From positions 1,993,078-2,057,077 of the forward strand of contig JAVKHP010000001.1 of assembly GCA_031459855.1 (NCBI GenBank): a DNA stretch of 64,000 nucleotides, written 5' to 3'. Shown here one piece after another: positions 30,549 to 40,435 of the stretch (its first letter is position 1; each line of letters begins with the position of its first letter). The translations under genes and the position numbers were made by a program. The stretch is from Candidatus Fervidifonticultor primus (GTDB lineage: Bacteria; Sysuimicrobiota; Sysuimicrobiia; Sysuimicrobiales; Humicultoraceae). The notes below the pieces were generated by a model. The model saw only the letters and a program-made list of their open reading frames with translations, was not told the origin of the DNA and did not search any database.

Positions 30549-32249
30549 ATGCTGTCCTGGTTGATCTTCCTGCCTCTTGCCGGTGCCCTGGTGGTGGCGC
30601 TGCTGCCCCGCGACCGCCAGGACCTCGTGCGGTGGGTCGGGCTCGCGGCCAGCCTGGCCACGCTGGCGGTGTTCGCGGCGGTCTGGGTCGCGTTCGACCC
30701 CGCATCGAGCGCGCTGCAGTTCGTGGAGCGCGTCCCGTGGGTGCCGCAGCTGGGCATCGGCTACGCCGTGGGGGTCGACGGGATCTCCCTGCTGCTGGCG
30801 GGCCTGACGGTGGTGACCTTCCCGGTGGCGTTGCTGGGCGCCTGGAGCGACGTCACCGAGCGCGTGAAGGCGTTCACGGTGGCCATGCTGGGGCTGGAGA
30901 CCGCGGTGCTCGGCACGTTCCTCAGCCTGGACCTGATCCTCTTCTACGTCTTCTGGGAAGCCGTGCTGATCCCCATGGCGTTCCTCATCGGGCTGTGGGG
31001 GAGCGAGCACCGCCGCTACGCGGCGCTGAAGTTCTTCCTCTACACGATGGCGGCCAGCGTGCTGATGCTGGTGGCGATCCTGGCGCTCCACGTGCTGGCC
31101 GCCGGCCCGCTGGGCGCCCGGAGCTTCGACCTGGAGCGCCTGGCGACGGTGCGGCTCGCCCCCGCGGTGCAGGGGTGGCTCTTCGCCGCGTTCGCGCTGG
31201 CGTTTGCCGTGAAGGTGCCGGTCTGGCCGTTCCACACCTGGCTGCCCGATGCGCACACCGAGGCACCCACGCCGGGCAGCGTCATCCTGGCCGCCCTGCT
31301 CCTGAAGATGGGCACCTACGGCTTCCTCCGGTTCGGCCCCACGCTGTTCCCCGCGGCCCTGGCGCAGGCCGCGCCGGTGCTGGCAGCGCTGGCCATCGTC
31401 GGCATCCTCTACGGCGCGGCGGTCTCGTGGGCACAGGCCGACCTCAAGCGGCTGGTGGCGTTCTCCAGCGTCAGCCACCTGGGCTTCGTGATGCTGGGCC
31501 TGGCTGCCCTCAACGTGCAGGGCCTGCAGGGCAGCCTGCTCCAGATGGTCAACCACGGCATCAGCACCGGCGCGCTGTTCCTCATCGTGGGGGTGCTGTA
31601 CGAGCGCACCCACACGCGCCGGCTCGCCGACTACGGCGGGGTCGCGGCGCTGATGCCGCGGTTTGCCGCGGTGTTCACCATCGTCATGCTGTCGTCGGCG
31701 GCGCTGCCCGGGACCAACGGCTTCGCCGGCGAGTTCCTGATCCTGCTCGGCGCGTTCCGCACCTCGCGCTGGTGGGCAGCGCTGGCCGCCGGCGGGGTGA
31801 TCCTCTCGGTGGTGTACCTGCTGTGGGCCTACCAGCAGGTGATGCACGGCCCGGTGCGGGCAGCCCAGCGCGAGCGGCTGGTCGACCTGCGGCCCCGCGA
31901 GCTGGTGGTGTTCGCGCCGCTGCTGGTCCTGATCGTCGTCATCGGCCTGTACCCGCGCCTGCTGCTCGACCGCTCGGAGGCCACCGTCGCCGCGGTCGTG
32001 CAGCGGGTGGCGGCGGGAGCGCCACCAGCCGCTGTGGCGGGCGCGCCGGTGCCCGTCGGGCGTGAGGTGCATCCTGCACCTCGTGCCCATGGCGCGGGCG
32101 TGGCGCCGGTCCCCCGGCGGCCTGCAGACCGGGGATTCCCCACGCCTGCATCCACGTGGCAGCAGCCGCAGTCGGGTACGTCCCAGGATACGCTACGACC
32201 GATGCGATCCGCGCCCCAGACGGCGAGCAGCCGGGAGCCCGTGCGATGA
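30549..32249 (+). CDS. nuoM: NADH-quinone oxidoreductase subunit M, with roughly 75-aa low-complexity C-terminal extension
   Basis: ...FYVFWEAVLIPMAFLIGLWG..., ...VPVWPFHTWLPDAHTEAPTPGSV...; frame continues without a stop to 32249 where it overlaps nuoN ATG (ATGA). Confidence 0.9.
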   Translation: MLSWLIFLPLAGALVVALLPRDRQDLVRWVGLAASLATLAVFAAVWVAFDPASSALQFVERVPWVPQLGIGYAVGVDGISLLLAGLTVVTFPVALLGAWSDVTERVKAFTVAMLGLETAVLGTFLSLDLILFYVFWEAVLIPMAFLIGLWGSEHRRYAALKFFLYTMAASVLMLVAILALHVLAAGPLGARSFDLERLATVRLAPAVQGWLFAAFALAFAVKVPVWPFHTWLPDAHTEAPTPGSVILAALLLKMGTYGFLRFGPTLFPAALAQAAPVLAALAIVGILYGAAVSWAQADLKRLVAFSSVSHLGFVMLGLAALNVQGLQGSLLQMVNHGISTGALFLIVGVLYERTHTRRLADYGGVAALMPRFAAVFTIVMLSSAALPGTNGFAGEFLILLGAFRTSRWWAALAAGGVILSVVYLLWAYQQVMHGPVRAAQRERLVDLRPRELVVFAPLLVLIVVIGLYPRLLLDRSEATVAAVVQRVAAGAPPAAVAGAPVPVGREVHPAPRAHGAGVAPVPRRPADRGFPTPASTWQQPQSGTSQDTLRPMRSAPQTASSREPVR

Positions 32250-33697
32250 GCGCGCCGCCGCCCGTCGAGCTGGCGTTACTGCGCCCCGAGCTGATCGTGC
32301 TCGGGACGGCACTGGTCCTGCTGGTGGCCGACCTGTGGCTGCCGCCGTCTGGCCGTGGGTGGCTGGTCGCCGCCGGCGTCGCTGGGGCAGCCTGGGCGGG
32401 GTGGGCGGCCGTCGTCGCACCGGAGGGCGTGGGGTTTGCCGGCATGTACGTGCGCGACGATCTGACGCGCACGATCCAGGCCATCGCCGCGGCGGTGGGC
32501 GCGCTGGGCCTGCTGGTGGCGCCCGACTACCTGCGCCGTGTGGGGCTGGAGCGCGGGGAGTACTACGTGCTGGTGCTGGTGGCTACAGCAGGCGCGATGC
32601 TGATGGCCGCCAGCCGCGACCTGTTGCTGCTGTTCCTCGCGCTGGAGACGCTGTCGATCCCCCTCTACGTGCTGGCGGCGTGGGCGCGCAGCCTGCCGCG
32701 TTCGCAGGAGGCCGGTATGAAGTACTTCCTGCTGGGCGCCTTCGCCAGCGCGTTCCTGCTCTTTGGCGTGGCCTTGCTCTACGGGGTTGGCGGGACGACG
32801 CGCCTGCCCGAGCTGGCCGCGGCGCTGGCCCGGCGGCCGCTCGATCCCGCGGCAGCGGCGGGCATGGGGCTGGTGGTCATCGGGCTGGGCTTCAAGGCCG
32901 CGGCCGTGCCCTTCCATACGTGGGCGCCCGACGCGTACGAGGGCGCGCCGCTGCCCGCCGCGGCGTTCATGTCGGTGATCGCCAAGGCAGGCGCGTTCGC
33001 GGCGCTGCTGCGGGTCTTCCCGCTGGCGCTGGATCCGCTCGCCGACCAGTGGCGCCCGGTGGCGGGGACGCTGGCGGTCGTCACCATGGTGGTGGCGAAC
33101 CTGGCCGCGCTGGCCCAGACCAACTACAAGCGCCTGCTGGCCTACTCCAGCATCGCGCACACCGGCTACCTGCTCATCGGCGTCGCCACGGGCACCGCCG
33201 CGGCCGCCGCGGCCGTCGTCACCTACCTGGCCATCTACGCCGCCATGACGCTGGGTGCGTTCGCCGTCGCCGTCGGGCTCGAGCGGGCGGGCAGCGAGGC
33301 CGACCGCATCGACGACTACGCCGGGCTGGCGTCGCGCGCGCCGCTGCTGGCGTTTGCGACCGCCGTGTGCATGGTCTCACTGGCAGGGCTCCCGCCGTCG
33401 GGTGGGTTCGTCGCCAAGCTCGGGGTCTTCGCGGCGGCCATCGAGGGCGGCGGCCGACTCGGCCTGGGCCTGGCGCTGGTGGGCGTGCTGACCAGTGTGG
33501 TCTCGGTCTACTACTACCTGCGAGTGGCCTACGTGATGTACGCGGGCGAGCCGTCGGCGGGCGTGCGCGTGCACCGCAGTCCGCTGGCGGCTGCCGCCCT
33601 GGCCCTGGCAGTGCTGGCGATCGTGCAGGTGGGCGTGCTGCCCGCTGCGGTCACCGGCTTCGCGCAACAGGTGGGCTCGCTGGTGGGCGGACGCTAG
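32246..33697 (+). CDS. nuoN: NADH-quinone oxidoreductase subunit N
   Basis: ...LLLFLALETLSIPLYVLA..., ...FKAAAVPFHTWAPDAYEGAPLP...; an upstream in-frame start at 32156 is possible. Confidence 0.9.
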   Translation: MSAPPPVELALLRPELIVLGTALVLLVADLWLPPSGRGWLVAAGVAGAAWAGWAAVVAPEGVGFAGMYVRDDLTRTIQAIAAAVGALGLLVAPDYLRRVGLERGEYYVLVLVATAGAMLMAASRDLLLLFLALETLSIPLYVLAAWARSLPRSQEAGMKYFLLGAFASAFLLFGVALLYGVGGTTRLPELAAALARRPLDPAAAAGMGLVVIGLGFKAAAVPFHTWAPDAYEGAPLPAAAFMSVIAKAGAFAALLRVFPLALDPLADQWRPVAGTLAVVTMVVANLAALAQTNYKRLLAYSSIAHTGYLLIGVATGTAAAAAAVVTYLAIYAAMTLGAFAVAVGLERAGSEADRIDDYAGLASRAPLLAFATAVCMVSLAGLPPSGGFVAKLGVFAAAIEGGGRLGLGLALVGVLTSVVSVYYYLRVAYVMYAGEPSAGVRVHRSPLAAAALALAVLAIVQVGVLPAAVTGFAQQVGSLVGGR

Positions 33698-33884
33698 CCC
33701 GGGGGCCCGACCGCGCCGGCCGCGGCCCGGACGTCCGTGCCGCACTGGGCACGCCGACGTGTGAACCGGGCACGCCGACGTCCCCGCCAGGCCGACGCCG
33801 ACCGGCAGGGTGCAGCCACACCGCAGGCCACACCAGCACGCTGTGCCAGGGCGATGGGGCGACGGGCCGTTGCCTTCCGTGGTC

Positions 33885-34790
33885 CTACCGGTCGTCCAGC
33901 AGCGCCCGCAACATGGCCAGACTGCGCCGCGCGCTGTGCAGCGTGTCGGTCTGTGGCTGCACCACCCGGTCCTGCTCGACGACGATCCACCCGGTGTAGG
34001 CGGCATCCCGCAGCGCTGCCAGCAGCGCCCGCAGGTCCAGCGTGCCGCGGCCGAGTTCCACGAACACGTCCTGCCGGGCGGCGTCGACGTAGGACGCGCC
34101 GCCGGCCAGCAGCGCCCGCAGCCGCGGGAGGTCGACGTCCTTGAGGTGCACGTAGCCCAGCCGCGCCGCATGCGCGCGGGCCAGCGCCACGGGGTCGCCG
34201 CCACCGAAGGCCACGTGCCCGCTATCGAGGCACAGCTTCACCAGGTGGGGATCGCAGCGCTCCAGCAGCGTGCGGATCTCGTCGGGGTGCTCGATGTAGG
34301 TGCCGCCGTGCGGGTGGAACGAGGGCACGAGCCCGTAGTCGAACCGGCAGAGCTGGGCCAGGCGTTCCAGCCGGGTCGCGTACCCTGGCCACTCGTGCGG
34401 CCGCAGCCCGTGCGCGCGGGTCTCGTCGGGCCGGCCGGCGATGCGCGTGCGCAGCTCGTCGCCGGCGTCGGCCAGCAGGATGTCGCGCGCGCCCAGACGC
34501 TGCAGGAGTTCGGCCGTCGCGCGGACGCGGCGTTCGCACTCGGGGTAGGCGGCCGGATCCTTGAGGGGGAGCGGCACGAAGGCCGCAGCCAGGGCCAGGC
34601 TCCGACGCGCCAGCGCCTCGGCCAGCACCGCGGGGTCAGTCGGCAGGAACCCCCAAGGCCCCAGCTCCGTGCCCGCGTAGCCCGCAGCCTGCATCTCGTC
34701 CAGCACGCGCTCGTACGGCAGCTGCGGGCCCCAGCCCGGGATCTCGCAGACACCCCAGCTGATCGGCGCTGCGCCGATGCGGACGTTCAT
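33885..34790 (-). CDS. Sugar phosphate isomerase/epimerase (xylose-isomerase-like TIM barrel; IolE-like)
   Basis: MNVRIGAAPISWGV... N-terminus and overall 301-aa pattern typical of IolE/AP-endonuclease-2 TIM-barrel family. Confidence 0.75.
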   Translation of the reverse strand: MNVRIGAAPISWGVCEIPGWGPQLPYERVLDEMQAAGYAGTELGPWGFLPTDPAVLAEALARRSLALAAAFVPLPLKDPAAYPECERRVRATAELLQRLGARDILLADAGDELRTRIAGRPDETRAHGLRPHEWPGYATRLERLAQLCRFDYGLVPSFHPHGGTYIEHPDEIRTLLERCDPHLVKLCLDSGHVAFGGGDPVALARAHAARLGYVHLKDVDLPRLRALLAGGASYVDAARQDVFVELGRGTLDLRALLAALRDAAYTGWIVVEQDRVVQPQTDTLHSARRSLAMLRALLDDR

Positions 34791-34797
34791 GGCGCAC

Positions 34798-35550
34798 CTA
34801 GTGCGCTCGTTGCCGGCATTTACTGCGGCGCCCGCGCCACAGCGCCCACGTCCCCCAGCCCGCGAGCGCCAGCGCCGGCAGCTGCCCCAGCGTCAGCGGC
34901 CCCAGCGCCCGCATCTCGCTGCGCAGCGCGTCGAAGGCCAGCCGTCCCACCGAGGTGGGCACCACGATGTGCCAGAAGACCTCCCCGGGGAAGCGCCGGC
35001 GGGCGGCGACGCGCCGCGCCCACAGCAGGACGACGACCGCCAGGAGCATCTCGTAGATCTGCAGCGGATGGCGCGGCGCGTCGGGCATCGTCGGGAAGAC
35101 CACACCCCACGGCAGCCCCGTCGGGTCACCGTACAGCTCCCCGTTCATGAAGTTGCCGAACCGCACGAAGACGTTGCCGATCGGCAGTGCCCACCCGAAC
35201 GTGTCGGCGAACTGCCAGACCGAGACCCCCGTGCGGCGCGCCGCCCACAGGGCATAGAGCAGCCCGGCCGCGAGCGCACCGTGCGACGACAGCCCGCCCC
35301 GGTCGACCCGGACGATCTCCCAGAGCGCCGGGACGAACTCGCCCGGGTGGGAGACGACGTAGCCCAGCCGCGCGCCCACGAACATCACGAGCACCGCGGG
35401 AGTGGCGGTGCGGTCGAGCACGGCGGTCGGCACGCCCAGCCGCGGTCCCATGCGGTACGCGACCCACAGGCTCACGCCGATGGTCACAGCGAGCATCACG
35501 CCGTACCAGCGGATCGCCAGGGGACCGAGCTGGACGATCACGGGGTCCAT
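34798..35550 (-). CDS. lgt: Prolipoprotein diacylglyceryl transferase
   Basis: ...LAIRWYGVMLA..., ...GGLSSHGALAAG..., ...FGNFMNGELYG... Lgt signatures. Confidence 0.9.
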   Translation of the reverse strand: MDPVIVQLGPLAIRWYGVMLAVTIGVSLWVAYRMGPRLGVPTAVLDRTATPAVLVMFVGARLGYVVSHPGEFVPALWEIVRVDRGGLSSHGALAAGLLYALWAARRTGVSVWQFADTFGWALPIGNVFVRFGNFMNGELYGDPTGLPWGVVFPTMPDAPRHPLQIYEMLLAVVVLLWARRVAARRRFPGEVFWHIVVPTSVGRLAFDALRSEMRALGPLTLGQLPALALAGWGTWALWRGRRSKCRQRAH

Positions 35551-35675
35551 GCCGGAGCCAGTCTAGCACCGCATGCTGGCCTGCGACAAACGTGCCTGTC
35601 CTTCGGCCACCGCTCGGTCCATGGCGCGGGGCCCTCACAGGAGGACGGGCGTCGCGGGGCAAAAGTGATACCGGC

Positions 35676-37139
35676 ATGAGCGCACGCACCCGTTCCGACG
35701 CCCTCGAGCACGTCCTCGCCGAACTCCGGGGGCTGCTGGGCGACCGCCTCTCGACCGCCGCCGCCGTGCGCGCCCACCACAGCCGGGGCGAGACGTACCT
35801 GCCGCCGCAGCCGCCGGACGCGGTGGCGTTCCCGCAGTCCCTCGACGAGGTGCGCGCCATCGTCGAGGCCTGCGCGCGCTGGCACCTGCCCGTGATCCCC
35901 TACGGGGCGGGCACGTCGCTGGAAGGGCACGTGGCCGCCCCGCACGGCGGGCTCTGCATCGACCTCTCACAGATGACCCGCATCCTGCGCGTCAGCCCTG
36001 AGGACATGGACGCCACCGTCGAGGCGGGGGTCACGCACCGGCAGCTGAACCGCCACCTGCGCCGCTTCGGGCTCTTCTTCTCCGTCGACCCGGGCGCCGA
36101 CGCCACGCTGGGCGGCATGGCCGCCACGCGGGCCTCGGGCACTACCGCGGTGCGCTACGGCACCATGCGCGAGAACGTCCTGGGCCTCACCGTGGTGCTC
36201 GCCGACGGCCGCGTGATCCGCACCGGCACCCGCGCGCGCAAGTCGGCCGCGGGCTACGACCTGACGCGGCTGTTCGTGGGCTCGGAGGGTACGCTCGGGG
36301 TGATCACCGAGGTCACGGTGCGGCTACACGGGGTGCCCGCGGCGGTGGCAGCCGCCACCTGCGCGTTCGCGACGATCGCGGGGGCCGTGGACACCGTCAT
36401 CACCACGGTCCAGCTGGGCATCCCGGTGGCCCGCATCGAGCTCCTCGACGAGGTGCAGATGGACGCCTGCAACCGCTACGCGGGCCTCGACTGCCCGGTG
36501 GCGCCGACGCTCTTCCTGGAGTTCCACGGGCCCAGCGAGCGCAGCGTCGCCGAGCAGGCGGAGATGGTGCGGGAGGTGGCCGCCCAGCACGGCGGACACG
36601 AGTTCCGCTGGGCCACCGACGCCGGGGCGCGCGAGCGGTTGTGGAAGGCGCGGCACGACGCCTACTGGGCGGCGCTCGCCCTGCGGCCCGGCGCCAGCGG
36701 GCTGACCACCGACGTGTGCGTGCCCATCTCACGCCTGACCGAATGCATCGTGGAGACCAAACGCGACCTGGCGACGTCGCCGGTGCCCGTGGCGCTGGTG
36801 GGCCACGTCGGCGACGGCAACTTCCACCTGGTGTTCGTGGTCAATCCCGACGACCCCGCCGAGATGGCCGCGGTCAAGCAGCTCAACGAGCGCATGGTCC
36901 TGCGGGCGCTGGCCCTGGGCGGCACCTGCACCGGCGAGCACGGCGTGGGCCTCGGCAAGCTGCCCTACATGGCCCGGGAACACGGCGAGGCGCTGGAGGT
37001 CATGCGGGCCCTCAAGCGGGCCCTCGATCCGCACGACATCATGAACCCCGGCAAGCTGGTGGCCGGTGGGGGCACGACCGATGTGGCGCACGACCTGGCC
37101 CCGCCGGTTGACACCGGGTGCGGCCCGCGCGTAGACTGA
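35676..37139 (+). CDS. FAD-linked oxidase (GlcD / D-lactate dehydrogenase family)
   Basis: FAD-binding PCMH pattern ...PVIPYGAGTSLEGHV... and C-terminal ...GTCTGEHGVGLGKLPYM...; internal ATG of track ORF 35187..37139. Confidence 0.85.
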   Translation: MSARTRSDALEHVLAELRGLLGDRLSTAAAVRAHHSRGETYLPPQPPDAVAFPQSLDEVRAIVEACARWHLPVIPYGAGTSLEGHVAAPHGGLCIDLSQMTRILRVSPEDMDATVEAGVTHRQLNRHLRRFGLFFSVDPGADATLGGMAATRASGTTAVRYGTMRENVLGLTVVLADGRVIRTGTRARKSAAGYDLTRLFVGSEGTLGVITEVTVRLHGVPAAVAAATCAFATIAGAVDTVITTVQLGIPVARIELLDEVQMDACNRYAGLDCPVAPTLFLEFHGPSERSVAEQAEMVREVAAQHGGHEFRWATDAGARERLWKARHDAYWAALALRPGASGLTTDVCVPISRLTECIVETKRDLATSPVPVALVGHVGDGNFHLVFVVNPDDPAEMAAVKQLNERMVLRALALGGTCTGEHGVGLGKLPYMAREHGEALEVMRALKRALDPHDIMNPGKLVAGGGTTDVAHDLAPPVDTGCGPRVD

Positions 37140-37201
37140 GCGGTGACAGCCGCATAGTGGTGGCGATGGAGCTCGCCAAGCGCCCGGGCGTGCGGGCTGA
37201 T

Positions 37202-37240
37202 AGCTCCTACTGACCGGCAGGTCGGTAGGAGCTTTTTGAT
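37202..37240 (+). terminator. Rho-independent terminator downstream of the FAD-oxidase gene
   Basis: AGCTCCTAC-T-GACC [GGCA] GGTC-G-GTAGGAGCT giving a 14-bp stem (one U-G wobble) followed by TTTTT. Confidence 0.7.
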
Positions 37241-37253
37241 TCTGGGGCGGACC

Positions 37254-37757
37254 ATGGCGCAGACCTCGACGATCGCGATCGAGTTGCTCGAGGACGACGC
37301 CCGCGCCGTCGTGCAGGCGGCAGGCGGCGATGGCCCCGACCTGCCCCACCGGCTGGCCGCGCTGGTGGCCGAGGGCCTGGACCAGTACCTCCGCGACGAG
37401 GCTGCCTGGGAGGTCGCGGCGGGCACGGGTGCTGGAGTCGGAGCCCAGACGCCCTCAGTGGTCCTCCAGCACCGGGAGGCCGAGGCGCTGGTGGTCGTCA
37501 TGCGGGCGCGCACCATCACCAGCGAACGGCACGTCGAGGCCCTGCAAGCACGTGTCCGCGAGCTGGCCCGCGAGCACGCAGCGTACAGGGAGCACATGGC
37601 GCGCCTGCGCACGGCAGCCGGGCACCTGCGGCAACGGCGCGCTCAGCTGCGTGCCGTGCTACATGGCGGGGCGTCGGCCGACGCGGCGACACGCCCGCTC
37701 GCGGTGCGGATCGCTGCCCGCCTGCGCGGGATGCTGCGGCGTGGAACGCCGCCATGA
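37254..37757 (+). CDS. Hypothetical protein, RHH-like N-terminus plus coiled-coil (167 aa)
   Basis: N-terminal strand-helix pattern (...STIAIELLEDDARAVV...) then Arg/Ala/Glu-rich heptad-like region; stop overlaps next gene start (ATGA). Confidence 0.45.
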   Translation: MAQTSTIAIELLEDDARAVVQAAGGDGPDLPHRLAALVAEGLDQYLRDEAAWEVAAGTGAGVGAQTPSVVLQHREAEALVVVMRARTITSERHVEALQARVRELAREHAAYREHMARLRTAAGHLRQRRAQLRAVLHGGASADAATRPLAVRIAARLRGMLRRGTPP

Positions 37758-38260
37758 CGACGCTGATCTTCCCCAAGGTGGCGCAGGTGACCGTGGCACT
37801 GCCCGATGGGCTGCGGCAGCGGTTGGAGACGTTCGCCGCTGCGCGCGGGTGGGGTGTGGACGAGGCCGCGAGGCTGCTGCTGGCCTACGCGGTCGTCACC
37901 CGCGCGGGCCGTGCCCTGACGCCCGAGGAAACGGTCAACAGCTGGAGCGCGGCCCGTGCCGAGCTGGCCCTGTTGCGGCACCGGGCCTACCTGGCCGACG
38001 ACGCCGCGCGGACCCTGCGCATGAACGTCACAGGACTGGAGGCGTCCAACACCCAGTACCGGCGCTCGCTGCCTGCCGTCGAAGCGGAGGTTGCGCGGCT
38101 GGAGGCGGAGATCCGGGACCTGGAAGCCCAGTGCATCCGGCGTGGCCTGCCGGTCCCGGCGCCGGAGCCGGTGGAGCCGCCACCCGCTGCCGCACCGCTG
38201 GACTTCTTCCGGCGCACCCGCGCCGCCGACGGTCGAGGTGATCCGGGTGGCGGCCGGTGA
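37754..38260 (+). CDS. Hypothetical protein, RHH-like N-terminus plus coiled-coil (168 aa)
   Basis: ...VTVALPDGLRQRLETFAAARGWGVDEAARLLLAYAV... resembles ribbon-helix-helix DNA-binding fold; ...AVEAEVARLEAEIRDLEAQ... coiled-coil; same architecture as the preceding gene. Confidence 0.5.
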   Translation: MTTLIFPKVAQVTVALPDGLRQRLETFAAARGWGVDEAARLLLAYAVVTRAGRALTPEETVNSWSAARAELALLRHRAYLADDAARTLRMNVTGLEASNTQYRRSLPAVEAEVARLEAEIRDLEAQCIRRGLPVPAPEPVEPPPAAAPLDFFRRTRAADGRGDPGGGR

Positions 38261-39023
38261 GTCCGCCCTCGCACGGGACTTCGTGTACCACGCGCTGGTG
38301 GCGGGGCTCCATCCCGATCACTGCGTCGTCTGCCGCCTCAGTCTGGACAGTGTCGAGCGCCACTTTCAGGCGTTCTTCTACGAGCAGGTGAACGACCCAT
38401 GGGTGCGGCACGCGCTGGTCGCCGCGCGCGGGTTCTGCCCGACGCACGCCTGGCGGCGTCCCGGGCTGCACGACGCCTCCGGGATCTCCATTGTCTACCA
38501 TCACCTGCTCTCGGAGCTCGTCACGGTGTTTCGGGCTGCCGCCGACAGTGCCGCGCACGCGCGCGCAGGCAGCGCGCCGGTGCGGCGGCGGTGGCGCCTG
38601 CGCCCTGGCCGCCGGGTCGCCGGCGCCCTCGCCGCATGGATGACCCCCCGGGGACCGTGCCCGATGTGCGTGACCCAGTGGGAGGCCGAGGACCGGTATG
38701 CCGCGGTGCTGGTCCGCGCAGCGGCTGCCGACGAGTTCCGGGATCGCTACCGGGACAGCTTCGGCGTGTGCATGCCGCACCTGGTCTTGGCCCTCGGACA
38801 GGGTGCGGCTCCAGCGGCCTGCGACTGGTTGGTGGCCACGGAAGGCGCAAAGCTCGCCCGCCTGCTCTGGGAGCTGTCGGAGTACATTCGCAAGCTGGAC
38901 TACCGGTTCCGGCACGAGACCGTGCTGCGAGAAGCCACGGCGTGGCAGCGCGCCATCGAGAAGCTGGTCGGGGCGCCGGGCATGGTGTGGCGGCGGTCGC
39001 CGACGTCGGCGGATACCCGCTGA
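38238..39023 (+). CDS. Cys/His-rich hypothetical protein with two CxxC...CxxH motif pairs (putative metal-binding)
   Basis: ...HPDHCVVC...(31 aa)...FCPTHAW... and ...CPMC...(32 aa)...CMPHL...; start taken at a GTG overlapping the previous gene's end (38247 also possible); track ORF 38091..39023. Confidence 0.5.
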   Translation: MIRVAAGESALARDFVYHALVAGLHPDHCVVCRLSLDSVERHFQAFFYEQVNDPWVRHALVAARGFCPTHAWRRPGLHDASGISIVYHHLLSELVTVFRAAADSAAHARAGSAPVRRRWRLRPGRRVAGALAAWMTPRGPCPMCVTQWEAEDRYAAVLVRAAAADEFRDRYRDSFGVCMPHLVLALGQGAAPAACDWLVATEGAKLARLLWELSEYIRKLDYRFRHETVLREATAWQRAIEKLVGAPGMVWRRSPTSADTR

Positions 39024-39190
39024 GGACGATGGCCACCGATGCCCGCCCGCGGCCGCGGGGTTGTCGTGCCCACGTCACTACGGTTCACCGTGGAGCCACC
39101 TGATGGAAAGGTGTCCCCGCCGGCGGCCGCGCGGCCGGCAGGCGTGCATGGCGGCCGACGGCGTCGGCACCCTCCCCGCGGCCACGGCCC

Positions 39191-40372
39191 TCACCCGCGT
39201 CTGCGCACCACCACGAAGAGGGGCACAGCCGCCAGCTGCGCCGCCAGCGAGAACACCACGACGGCCGCGACCGCACGATCGTAGAGCGCGCCCATCAACG
39301 CGCTCCCGAGGAACCACGCGATCCCGTACGCGGCGTTGAGCGCGCCGTAGGCGGCACCCCGCCGGTCGGCTGGCGCCATCTCCGCCACCGCGGCCCGCAT
39401 GATCGACTCCTGCGCGCCCAGCCCCACGCCCCACAGCAGCACGCCCGCAAGCGCCAGGGTCGGGCTCCCCAGGAAGGCCAGGGGCACAAACCCCGCCCCA
39501 AGCAGCGTCGCGGGCACCAGCACGGTGACTCCTGCCCGGTCGAACCACCGGCCGAGCCCGAGGGCCGCGACGGCGTCGGCGCCCATGGCGAGGGCGTAGA
39601 AGAGGGGTATCCAGGTCGCTGGGACCACGGCGCGCGCCTCGAAGTGGAAGGCGATGAGGGCGAAGTCCGCATAGCCCGCGCCCACCAGCGCCACGGCCGC
39701 CACGTACAGCCAGAACCGGCGTCCCAGGCCGGCTGGCGCGAGCGGCGGCGTCGCCACGTCCAGGTCGCGCGGACGCGGGTACAGGCGGCGGGCCACCACG
39801 AGCACGCCCAGGGCTAGCGCCGCCGGGACGATCAGGAGGACGAACCCGTCCCGGTACGTGCCCCGGGTGCCCACGGCCGCCGCCACGACGAGCGGGCCCA
39901 GCACGGCCCCGACCTGGTCCAGCGCCTCGTGGAGGCCGAATCCGTAGCCGCGCCCGACCTGCTGGGTGGCATGTGACAGCATGGCGTCGCGGGCCGGCGT
40001 CCGGATCGCCTTGCCGACGCGCTCGGCGACCACCAGCGCGGCGGCCGTGGTCCAGTGCCCTGCCAGCGCCAGCGCCGGGACCGCCGCGAGGTTCACCACG
40101 TAGCCGGTGATCGTGATCGCCCAGTAGCGACGGGTGCGGTCGGCCAGGCGGCCGGAGACCAGGCGCAGCGCGTAGCCGACCAACTCGCCCAGGCCCGCGA
40201 CGACGCCCACCGCAGTGGCGCTGGCTCCCAGCACCGCCAGATAGGGGCCGGTCACGCTGCGCGAGCCCTCGTAGGTGGCGTCGGCGAGCAGGCTCACCAC
40301 GCCCAGCAGGACCACGAACCGGAGGGCTGTCCGGCGGCTGTCCTCGGCGGTGGGTGGCGCGGCGACCATCAC
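39191..40372 (-). CDS. MFS transporter
   Basis: 393 aa, about 12 predicted hydrophobic segments, ...GRLADRTRRY... MFS motif-A-like loop. Confidence 0.85.
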   Translation of the reverse strand: MMVAAPPTAEDSRRTALRFVVLLGVVSLLADATYEGSRSVTGPYLAVLGASATAVGVVAGLGELVGYALRLVSGRLADRTRRYWAITITGYVVNLAAVPALALAGHWTTAAALVVAERVGKAIRTPARDAMLSHATQQVGRGYGFGLHEALDQVGAVLGPLVVAAAVGTRGTYRDGFVLLIVPAALALGVLVVARRLYPRPRDLDVATPPLAPAGLGRRFWLYVAAVALVGAGYADFALIAFHFEARAVVPATWIPLFYALAMGADAVAALGLGRWFDRAGVTVLVPATLLGAGFVPLAFLGSPTLALAGVLLWGVGLGAQESIMRAAVAEMAPADRRGAAYGALNAAYGIAWFLGSALMGALYDRAVAAVVVFSLAAQLAAVPLFVVVRRRG

Positions 40373-40435
40373 CGTACGCTCCGGGTATCAGTGCACCAGC
40401 AGGACCATCGTAGCCGACCAGGATGCGCCGGAACA

